The notes beneath the pieces are model-generated. The model worked only from the letters and a program-made list of their open reading frames with translations, ran no database searches and was not told where the DNA came from. A DNA stretch of 46,024 nucleotides from a virus (Duplodnaviria; Caudoviricetes), in the IMG/VR virus record IMGVR_UViG_3300032237_000164, positions 1 through 46,024 of that record. One strand, 5' to 3'. Below are positions 34,560 through 42,507 of this stretch, piece after piece. The first letter of the stretch is position 1. Each line of letters opens with the position of its first letter. A program made the translations under genes and the position numbers.

Positions 34560-36385
34560 ACATAATTACACTAGATTTTGAAACATACTATGCCAAAGAC
34601 TTCTCGCTCACCAAACTCACTACCGAAGAATATATACGTAATGATAGGTTTGAAGTCATTGGGGTTGCGGTCAAGGAGAACGACGGTGAAACAAAATGGT
34701 TTACAGGAACGCATGGCGAAATTAGTGATTTTCTTCATTCATACGATTGGAGCAACAGTGCTTTGCTTGCTCACAATGCCTCTTTTGATGGCGCTATTCT
34801 TAGCTGGAATTTTGGCATTAAGCCTAAGGCGATTTTCGACACTTTGTGTATGGCTAGGGCGCTTCATGGAGTGGACGCAGGTGGCAGTCTTTCAGCTTTG
34901 GTTGAACGCTATCAACTGGGCAGGAAGGGTACAGAAGTACTGGACGCATTAGGCAAGAACCGAAAAGACTTTGAAGATGCAGACCTAGCGCAATACGGCG
35001 AGTATTGTAAAAACGACGTAAACCTAACTCGGGCGTTGTTCAATCGGTTGCTAGATGAAGGTTTCCCTATGGCCGAACTAAAGGTTATAGATGTAACTCT
35101 CAAGATGTTTACCGACCCTGTCCTTGAACTAAACCTCCCCCTACTTGAGCAACACCTAGAAGATACTAAGCAACGTAAAGAGAAACTACTCGAAGCGTGC
35201 TTAGCCGACAAGGATACGCTCATGTCTAACGACAAGTTCGCTGAGATACTTAAGTCTCTAAATGTCGACCCCCCAACTAAAACATCTTTAAAAACAAGTA
35301 AGACAGCATGGGCTTTTGCTAAGACCGACGAAGGCTTTAAGGAACTGGCTTCTTTTCCTGATGTTCGAGTTCAAGCATTGGTCGCCGCAAGACTTGGAAA
35401 CAAATCTACACTTGAAGAAACGCGGACGCAACGATTTATTGACATAGCCAAACGAGGGAAACTCCCAGTACCAATTAAATATTATGCGGCGCATACTGGT
35501 AGGTGGGGCGGTGACGACAAGATTAACTTGCAAAACCTACCTAGTCGTGGGCAAAACGGGGGCAAGCTGAAGAAAGCGATTACCCCTCCTGAAGGCTATG
35601 TAATGATTGATTGCGACTCATCCCAAATTGAGGCACGGATTGTTGCATGGTTGGCTGGTCAAACAGACTTAGTAGACGCATTTGAGAAAGGTGAAGATGT
35701 ATATAAAATCATGGCTTCGGCTATCTATCAAAAGGATGTTACAAAGGTCTCGGCGCACGAAAGGTTCGTCGGCAAGACGACTATTCTTGGAGCAGGGTAC
35801 GGCATGGGTTCAAAGAAGTTTCAAACCCAACTCAAGACGTTTGGCATGGACATTGAAGAGGGGGAGGCGGGTCGTATTATCAGGGTCTATCGGGAGACAT
35901 ATCCTCAAATCCCTAAGCTTTGGCAAGAGGCAGGTAGGTGTTTGGAGGCGATACATACAAACAGACCTGCCCCTTTCGGGTTGGAAGGAGTCGTGTCATT
36001 CGATTACAAAAGAAGAGGATTCTTATTACCAAGCGGATTGTGGCAACGATACGAAACCCTACATCAAGTAACTGATTATGAAGGAAAAACCCAATACGAG
36101 TATAAGACTAGACGTGGCGCAGTTAAACTGTATGGTGGAAAGGTTGTAGAAAACCTATGCCAAGCACTTGCTAGATGCGTTATTGCAGAACAGATGGTGC
36201 GTATATCTAAGCGTTACAGGGTGGTACTTACGGTACATGATGCGGTAGCTTGCATAGTCCCAAAGGTAGAAGCCGAAGAAGCACAAAAGTATGTAGAAGA
36301 GTGTATGAAATGGCGACCCGACTGGGCACATGACCTACCACTTAACTGCGAGTCAGGAATTGGAAATAGCTACGGAGAATGCTAA
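34556..36385 (+). CDS. DNA polymerase family A with 3'-5' exonuclease
   Basis: LDFET, HNASFD, HTGRW, NLQNLP, DSSQIEAR (motif A), KTTILGAGYG (B), VHDA (C). Confidence 0.95.
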   Translation: MNIITLDFETYYAKDFSLTKLTTEEYIRNDRFEVIGVAVKENDGETKWFTGTHGEISDFLHSYDWSNSALLAHNASFDGAILSWNFGIKPKAIFDTLCMARALHGVDAGGSLSALVERYQLGRKGTEVLDALGKNRKDFEDADLAQYGEYCKNDVNLTRALFNRLLDEGFPMAELKVIDVTLKMFTDPVLELNLPLLEQHLEDTKQRKEKLLEACLADKDTLMSNDKFAEILKSLNVDPPTKTSLKTSKTAWAFAKTDEGFKELASFPDVRVQALVAARLGNKSTLEETRTQRFIDIAKRGKLPVPIKYYAAHTGRWGGDDKINLQNLPSRGQNGGKLKKAITPPEGYVMIDCDSSQIEARIVAWLAGQTDLVDAFEKGEDVYKIMASAIYQKDVTKVSAHERFVGKTTILGAGYGMGSKKFQTQLKTFGMDIEEGEAGRIIRVYRETYPQIPKLWQEAGRCLEAIHTNRPAPFGLEGVVSFDYKRRGFLLPSGLWQRYETLHQVTDYEGKTQYEYKTRRGAVKLYGGKVVENLCQALARCVIAEQMVRISKRYRVVLTVHDAVACIVPKVEAEEAQKYVEECMKWRPDWAHDLPLNCESGIGNSYGEC

Positions 36386-36559
36386 ATGATGGATTACTCG
36401 AATTTCTTGTTGGAAGCGAGAAAGTACTTGAAATATTACGAAGAAGCTGTTATAAATCGTGAGTATAAAGAAGCGCAAGACCACGCATTAAATGCGTTTG
36501 CCGAAGTCAGATTACTCTTACAAATAGCGAAAGATTTACAGGATGGGAAACAAAAATAA
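36386..36559 (+). CDS. small hypothetical protein (57 aa)
   Basis: Read by hand: MMDYSNFLLEARKYLKYYEEA...; GGAG RBS. Confidence 0.6.
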   Translation: MMDYSNFLLEARKYLKYYEEAVINREYKEAQDHALNAFAEVRLLLQIAKDLQDGKQK

Positions 36560-36737
36560 TCTATGGCAATCAGATATGACCCAACAAGAGGTCGCCGATG
36601 CTATGGGTATAACAAGACAGGCGGTGCAAAACATTGAAAAGACAGCATTACGTAAATTAAAAACAGCATTACACAAACGTGGATTTACATTAGACGATTT
36701 TTTTACGTTCAAAAAGAAGAGGACACCAAAAATATGA
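36543..36737 (+). CDS. sigma70 region-4-like HTH protein
   Basis: MTQQEVADAMGITRQAVQNIEKTALRKLK. Confidence 0.75.
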   Translation: MGNKNNLWQSDMTQQEVADAMGITRQAVQNIEKTALRKLKTALHKRGFTLDDFFTFKKKRTPKI

Positions 36738-37048
36738 TTGGCTTAACTAAAGAGCAAACACAACGCTTAAAAGATGCGGCAAGCCCCTTACGAACAGATC
36801 AAAGGGCGGCACTAACTCTTGCAGAATCAGAAACTATTGCTAAAAGAATTGACCAAGTTCTTTATGATTTACACATGGAAAACCCTTTAGCGTTTATAAC
36901 TACGGCATCTATAACTCTATCAGGTATGGAGTTTCTTCCTATTCAAGCTATGGCAAAACGCCGTATGTTCTATAACGAACCGCTTAAACTTAATCCTAGA
37001 GATTACAAAACTTATGTGGTTCCACTACCAAAAGGCCATCGTGTATGA
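36734..37048 (+). CDS. hypothetical protein
   Basis: ATGA overlaps. Confidence 0.6.
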   Translation: MIGLTKEQTQRLKDAASPLRTDQRAALTLAESETIAKRIDQVLYDLHMENPLAFITTASITLSGMEFLPIQAMAKRRMFYNEPLKLNPRDYKTYVVPLPKGHRV

Positions 37049-37353
37049 ATATTGAATGGGCAAAACCTTCTGAAATAGAAGACGGTATTAGTGCGGTATG
37101 GGGAGTCAAAGATATTGTCGATACGCTGATATGGCGCTACCTAGACCATCCTAAAGTTATGTCAGAAGACGAAATGTATAACCACTTACACGCTGTTTCA
37201 GTGTTAATAGACATGCACTGCGAGAAGCTAATGGATACGTACTGCAAGGTATATAACCTTAACGAATACGCATCTGATGAGGTTAAAGCTAGAAGGGCAG
37301 AAATTCTAAACGGTTTTGTTGAAAAGACCCCTAGGAAAGCCAAAAAGAAATGA
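37045..37353 (+). CDS. hypothetical protein
   Basis: ATGA overlaps. Confidence 0.65.
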   Translation: MNIEWAKPSEIEDGISAVWGVKDIVDTLIWRYLDHPKVMSEDEMYNHLHAVSVLIDMHCEKLMDTYCKVYNLNEYASDEVKARRAEILNGFVEKTPRKAKKK

Positions 37354-38105
37354 GTGAAGAAAATAAAACACAAATATTTATAGCTACTCCAATGTATGGT
37401 GGGCTATGTAATGGGTCTTATACATTAGGTTTACTAACTGCCGTTGGTATATTTTCTCGTAACGGAATTGGTATGCAGTATGCGCACATGATGAATGAGT
37501 CTTTAATTACCCGTGCTCGTAATAGTTTAACTAAAGATTTTTTAGAAAGCGAGTGTAGCCATTTAATGTTTATTGACGCCGACATTGGATTTAACGCTCA
37601 AGATATTATACGTATGATTCATGCAGATAAAGATATTATTTGTGGTATCTATCCAAAGAAAGAAATTAATTGGGTAGACGTAACTAAAGCCGTACAGAAT
37701 GGGGTACCTCCACAAGAACTACATAAATACACTGGGTCATTTGTAGTAAACCTAGTAAACAATGAAAAAAATATGGTGGGAGATAGGTATACCCCAATGG
37801 AAATTGCCAATGGTGGCACAGGCTTTATGCTTATTAAACGAGAAGTGTTTGAAGGACTACTTGGCAAAGTACCCGTATATAACAACGACGTGTATACAGC
37901 AGTAGATGTAGAGCGTAAACCACAAGCAATTAACGAGTTCTTTACTACCAGCATTACTAATGATGAAGATAGACGTTTACTATCTGAAGATTACCATTTT
38001 TGCAAAATTGCTAGAGACGCTGGTTTTAGAGTTTGGGCGGCTCCATGGGCAGAACTATCCCATACTGGGACTTATATTTTTAATGGGGCTTTGCCATCAG
38101 CATGA
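37350..38105 (+). CDS. GT-A fold glycosyltransferase-like protein
   Basis: IATPMYGG, ESLITRARN, FIDADI (DxD), GTGFMLI, LSEDYHFC. Confidence 0.75.
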   Translation: MSEENKTQIFIATPMYGGLCNGSYTLGLLTAVGIFSRNGIGMQYAHMMNESLITRARNSLTKDFLESECSHLMFIDADIGFNAQDIIRMIHADKDIICGIYPKKEINWVDVTKAVQNGVPPQELHKYTGSFVVNLVNNEKNMVGDRYTPMEIANGGTGFMLIKREVFEGLLGKVPVYNNDVYTAVDVERKPQAINEFFTTSITNDEDRRLLSEDYHFCKIARDAGFRVWAAPWAELSHTGTYIFNGALPSA

Positions 38106-38773
38106 CAGTCAAATACACGTGGTCATACTCTTCAATAAATCTTTTTAAACAATGTCCACATAAGTATTATCGTCTTCGGGTGGTAAAAGATATAGTAGAA
38201 CCGCCAGCAGAACATTTAAATTACGGTTTAGAAGTACATAAAGCGGCTGAAGATTACATTGGAAAAGGCGTTCCAATCCCTGAAAAATATATCTTTATTA
38301 AAGAACACTTGGATAAGCTAAATCTTATTAAAGGCACAAAGCTTTGCGAATACAAGATGGGGCTTACCAGCAATCTAGAACCATGTGGGTTCTTTGATAA
38401 GGATGTATGGTGGAGAGGTGTTGCAGACTTGATTATTATTAATGGCGATAAAGCCTATATGATTGATTATAAAACAGGAAAATCCGCTAAGTATGCGGAT
38501 ACTAAGCAATTAGAACTTCTTTCTTGCGCATTATTTAAGCACTTTCCCGAGGTTAAAAAGGTTAAGGGTGGGCTATTATTTTTAGTTGCCAATGACCTTG
38601 TCAAAGACGACTTTGAGGTAGATAATGAAGGGGTATATTGGACTAAATGGTTAGAAGATACTCAACGCTTAGAAGCGGCTATCCAAAATGATGTTTGGAA
38701 TAAGAAGCCTAATTTCTCGTGTCGTTCTTGGTGTTCTATAACCGACTGCGAACACAACGGAAAGAATCATTGA
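38102..38773 (+). CDS. PD-(D/E)XK exonuclease (RecB/Cas4-like)
   Basis: SYSSI..F.QCP, G..VH, GVAD, IDYKTG, CRSWC...C. Confidence 0.85.
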   Translation: MTVKYTWSYSSINLFKQCPHKYYRLRVVKDIVEPPAEHLNYGLEVHKAAEDYIGKGVPIPEKYIFIKEHLDKLNLIKGTKLCEYKMGLTSNLEPCGFFDKDVWWRGVADLIIINGDKAYMIDYKTGKSAKYADTKQLELLSCALFKHFPEVKKVKGGLLFLVANDLVKDDFEVDNEGVYWTKWLEDTQRLEAAIQNDVWNKKPNFSCRSWCSITDCEHNGKNH

Positions 38774-38774
38774 T

Positions 38775-39098
38775 ATGCCTTACACCAAAACCCCTAGACC
38801 CTATGCCCATGAATATGATATGGAGAAAAAACGTGGAGAACACGAACGTCGTATGGAGCGTCAAAGAGCGAGGCGGGCGTTGGATAAGACAGGAAAAGAT
38901 ACCAACGGAAACGGTAAAGCCGATGCAAGAGAAGGCAAAGACGTTGCCCACAGAAAAGCTTTAGATAAAGGTGGTTCTAATAAAGATGGTACGTATATTA
39001 CTACTGCCGCTAAGAATCGAAGTTTTAAAAGAGATTCAAAAGGTAATTTAGTTTCTGAAACAAGCGTCAAAGAACGTAAGAAGCCAAAGAAGAAATAG
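38775..39098 (+). CDS. basic HNH-like protein
   Basis: GKDVAHRKALDKGGSN...NRS. Confidence 0.55.
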   Translation: MPYTKTPRPYAHEYDMEKKRGEHERRMERQRARRALDKTGKDTNGNGKADAREGKDVAHRKALDKGGSNKDGTYITTAAKNRSFKRDSKGNLVSETSVKERKKPKKK

Positions 39099-39311
39099 TT
39101 TTGTTGTAGGTGTTGTGAAGTAAGGTACGAGTGCTAACAACAGGGTTACTCATTTCCTAGCCATAACCGTATCAGTTGGGGTCGCCTTCTAGATATTTTT
39201 CCCTTCACGGGGTATCTTGCTTCCTTTGGTGATGACCTAACCGATTGACCCCCGTAAGGGGTTGCTTTAATCAAAACGTGTGTTTTGGTCGTATTCCTAT
39301 TGGAGAAGAGA

Positions 39312-40862
39312 TTGCAAATCATAGATAATAAGGCGTTGCTACTTAAAGTACGTGACCCAAACCGCATTACCACAGTAATACCAAAAAGCAAAATATTAGA
39401 TACGGGTGAAGTGCTGGTGAACTGGGGGCTAGAAGAAGCCCAAGTTTTAAAGAACTTAAAGTTACGGGATGTACCATCACCAATCAGGGCTAACTATACA
39501 TGGCCTGGACTATATAAACCGTTTGACCATCAACGTAAAACTTCTGAGTTTCTAACTCTGCACCGCCGAGCCTTTTGTTTTAACGAACAGGGTACAGGAA
39601 AGACAGGCTCAGTTATATGGGCGGCAGACTACCTAATGACTTTAGGGGTTATCAAACGGGTTCTAGTACTTTGTCCACTATCCATCATGCAATCGGCTTG
39701 GCAAAACGATTTATTTAAATTTGCTATGCATAGGACTACTTCAATAGCGCATAGCTATTCTAGGGAAAAAAGAATCCAAGCTGTTTGTGGCGATGCCGAG
39801 TTTGTTATATGTAACTACGATGGGTTAGGAATTATCAGGGATGCCGTAGTTGCTAATGACTTTGACCTAATCGTTATTGACGAAGCTAACGCATACAAAA
39901 CGGTATCTACAACACGTTGGAAAATACTAAACTCGATTATTAAACCGCACACTTGGTTATGGATGCTTACAGGCACACCAGCTTCCCAATCCCCCACAGA
40001 CGCATATGGGTTAGCAAGGTTAATAAACCCTCAGGGGGTTCCAAGGTTCTATGGTTCTTTTCGAGACATGGTGATGTACAAGCTGACCCAGTTTAAATGG
40101 GTTCCAAAACCCAGTTCAGAAAAGACTGTCCATACGGTACTACAACCTGCAATACGTTTTACAAAAGATGAATGCTTAGACCTACCCGAAATGACTTATG
40201 TTACTAGGGATGTACCTCTAACGGCGCAACAAGAAAAATACTACGAAATCATTAGAAAGAATATGTTAGCCGTAGCCGCTGGCGAAGAAATAACGACAGT
40301 CAATGCCGCTGCAAACTTGAATAAATTACTCCAGCTTTCATGTGGCGCAGTCTATTCGGATAGTGGAGAGGTGGTTGAATTTGATGCTTCTAATAGAATC
40401 AATGCTTTAAAAGAAGTCATTGACGAAGCTAGTCATAAAGTGCTAATATTTGTTCCCTATCGCCACGCTATTGAGATTGTTACGGAAGAATTGAGAAGGT
40501 CAGGATACACTGCGGAAATTATAAATGGCTCAGTATCAGCCGGAAATCGCACAGACATTTTTGCCCGATTCCAAAACGATGCAAACCCCAAAATTCTTGT
40601 AATCCAACCACAAGCCGCCGCACATGGAGTAACCCTAACTGCCGCTAATCTAGTGGTATGGTTTTCCCCTATTACTTCAGTTGAAACCTATCTGCAAGCT
40701 AATGCTCGAGTGCATAGAGCAGGACAACACAACCCTTGCACAGTAGTCCACTTACAGGGGTCCCCAGTAGAAAAGAAGATGTACAAGATGTTGCAGGGAA
40801 AAGTTGACATTCACACTAAGATGATTGACTTATATAAAAATATTATTAGTGAAGACTCTTGA
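39312..40862 (+). CDS. SNF2-family superfamily II helicase
   Basis: QGTGKT, IDEA, LTGTP, HGVTLT, QANARVHRAGQ; start placed at TTG 39312 after GGAG. Confidence 0.9.
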   Translation: MQIIDNKALLLKVRDPNRITTVIPKSKILDTGEVLVNWGLEEAQVLKNLKLRDVPSPIRANYTWPGLYKPFDHQRKTSEFLTLHRRAFCFNEQGTGKTGSVIWAADYLMTLGVIKRVLVLCPLSIMQSAWQNDLFKFAMHRTTSIAHSYSREKRIQAVCGDAEFVICNYDGLGIIRDAVVANDFDLIVIDEANAYKTVSTTRWKILNSIIKPHTWLWMLTGTPASQSPTDAYGLARLINPQGVPRFYGSFRDMVMYKLTQFKWVPKPSSEKTVHTVLQPAIRFTKDECLDLPEMTYVTRDVPLTAQQEKYYEIIRKNMLAVAAGEEITTVNAAANLNKLLQLSCGAVYSDSGEVVEFDASNRINALKEVIDEASHKVLIFVPYRHAIEIVTEELRRSGYTAEIINGSVSAGNRTDIFARFQNDANPKILVIQPQAAAHGVTLTAANLVVWFSPITSVETYLQANARVHRAGQHNPCTVVHLQGSPVEKKMYKMLQGKVDIHTKMIDLYKNIISEDS

Positions 40863-40887
40863 CAGTGTAAAGGAAAGGGAGTAAATT
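40859..40887 (+). promoter_or_regulatory. sigma70 promoter
   Basis: TTGACA-17 bp-TAAATT. Confidence 0.65.
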
Positions 40888-40913
40888 GTGGGTATAAAAA
40901 GAAGGAGAAGAGT

Positions 40914-41300
40914 ATGAGTGAACATGAAGCAACAGCAGATAAGTTGGTTAAAGTATATGTAAAAATTCGTGACCAACGATATGCGCTTGAGAAACAAATT
41001 AGAGAACTTGAAGAGCAAGAAGCCATAATTAAAAATGAACTGCTAACTATTTGTAAAGACGTAGGTACAGATGGTTTACGTACGCAGTTTGGTACGGTTA
41101 CAAGAAAACTAAATAAGCGTTACTGGACAAGTGATTGGGAATCCCTTTATTCATTTATGAAGGAACACGATGCCATGCACTTTCTACACCAAAGAATTTC
41201 TAATGCAAATGTGGAAACATTTTTAGAAGAAAACCCCGATCTGCACCCGCCGGGGCTTCAAGCGGATGCTGAATACACAGTAGTTGTACGTCGTAAATAA
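40914..41300 (+). CDS. phage replication-module protein
   Basis: coiled coil, then RTQFGTV...DWESLY...PPGL. Confidence 0.7.
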   Translation: MSEHEATADKLVKVYVKIRDQRYALEKQIRELEEQEAIIKNELLTICKDVGTDGLRTQFGTVTRKLNKRYWTSDWESLYSFMKEHDAMHFLHQRISNANVETFLEENPDLHPPGLQADAEYTVVVRRK

Positions 41301-41310
41301 TTAGGAGAAG

Positions 41311-42186
41311 ATGATGAGCAAAGAACTTGCTATGTTGGACATGAGTTTACCAGCGCACTTACAGTCGTTGGAGTTGGATGATACTACTAAAGCCCTTATG
41401 GGTAGCGGTGGTGGCGGTAGCAAACGTATTTCTATTGAGGGCGGTGTATGGCGCTTATTAGTAAACGGTAAAGAGATCGCACAAAAAGAAGAGCGTAACC
41501 TTAATGTGGTTATCGTAGCGGCTTCCTCAAAAGTTGCTCGTACTTATTATGCTGGTACGTATAAGAAAGGTGTATCTGCGCCTCCTGATTGCTGGTCTGC
41601 AAACGGCGACTATCCTGATAAATCTGTTGAGACACCACAGTCTACTGGATGCGCTAACTGCCCACAAAACATTAAGGGTTCAGGTCAGGGTGATGGTCGT
41701 GCTTGCCGCTTTAGCCAGCGTATTGCGGTTGTGTTGGACAACGATGTTGGTGGGGATGTATTCCAATTAGTTCTTCCTTCTACATCAATATTTGGTGAAG
41801 GCGAAGCTGGTAAATGGCCTCTTCAAATGTATGCCAAAATGATTGGTGCTAAAGGTGTTCCTATCACTGCAGTTGTAACCGAAATGCGTTTTGATACTGC
41901 AAGTTCTACGCCTAAGATTACTTTCAAGCCAGTACGTTTCTTAGAGTCTAACGAAATTCAAACTGCAATTAATCAAGGTAAGAGCACCGAAGCTATTAAG
42001 GCAATCACCATGACGGTTGCTAAAGCTAAAGATGACGCACCCGCATTAGAAGCGCCAAAAGCAGAAATTAAAGCTAAGCCTGTTGAGTTGGAAGCCGAAC
42101 CTGTTAAGCGCACCACTAAGAAAGAAGAGCCTACTCCCAAAAAGGATTTAGCCAAAGTTCTTTCCGATTGGGATGATGAGGAGTAA
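41311..42186 (+). CDS. putative ssDNA-binding/annealing protein with Cys cluster
   Basis: PDCWS...CANCPQN...ACR; acidic tail WDDEE. Confidence 0.55.
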   Translation: MMSKELAMLDMSLPAHLQSLELDDTTKALMGSGGGGSKRISIEGGVWRLLVNGKEIAQKEERNLNVVIVAASSKVARTYYAGTYKKGVSAPPDCWSANGDYPDKSVETPQSTGCANCPQNIKGSGQGDGRACRFSQRIAVVLDNDVGGDVFQLVLPSTSIFGEGEAGKWPLQMYAKMIGAKGVPITAVVTEMRFDTASSTPKITFKPVRFLESNEIQTAINQGKSTEAIKAITMTVAKAKDDAPALEAPKAEIKAKPVELEAEPVKRTTKKEEPTPKKDLAKVLSDWDDEE

Positions 42187-42189
42187 TTA

Positions 42190-42420
42190 ATGTCAACAGG
42201 ATATGCGAGTGGCTTTATCAATGAGGTAAAAGCTTCGGACAAATCCAAGATTGGGGTACAGCTGGGAAAAGTGTGCATCAAGCGGGACATACCTGTAACT
42301 GATATAGCACAATTCTTTGATGTATCCCGAGTGACGGTTTACTCTTGGTTTCGTGGAAAAAGTAATGTACCTGATAAGCATCAGGAAAAAATGCAAAAGC
42401 TTATTGATAAATTAGATTAG
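42190..42420 (+). CDS. Cro/XRE-like HTH protein
   Basis: VTDIAQFFDVSRVTVYSWFRG. Confidence 0.75.
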   Translation: MSTGYASGFINEVKASDKSKIGVQLGKVCIKRDIPVTDIAQFFDVSRVTVYSWFRGKSNVPDKHQEKMQKLIDKLD

Positions 42421-42507
42421 TTGTGTGGAGGGCTAGGTTAGCTACCGAAAAGGATATACCGCCGTCATATCCCTGCCCATCCTTTTTACTGACGGCTAAA
42501 GGCGGCT

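Noticed and set aside
38102-38773. Cas4 as part of a CRISPR system
   Set aside because: Stand-alone PD-(D/E)XK exonuclease in an ordinary replication context
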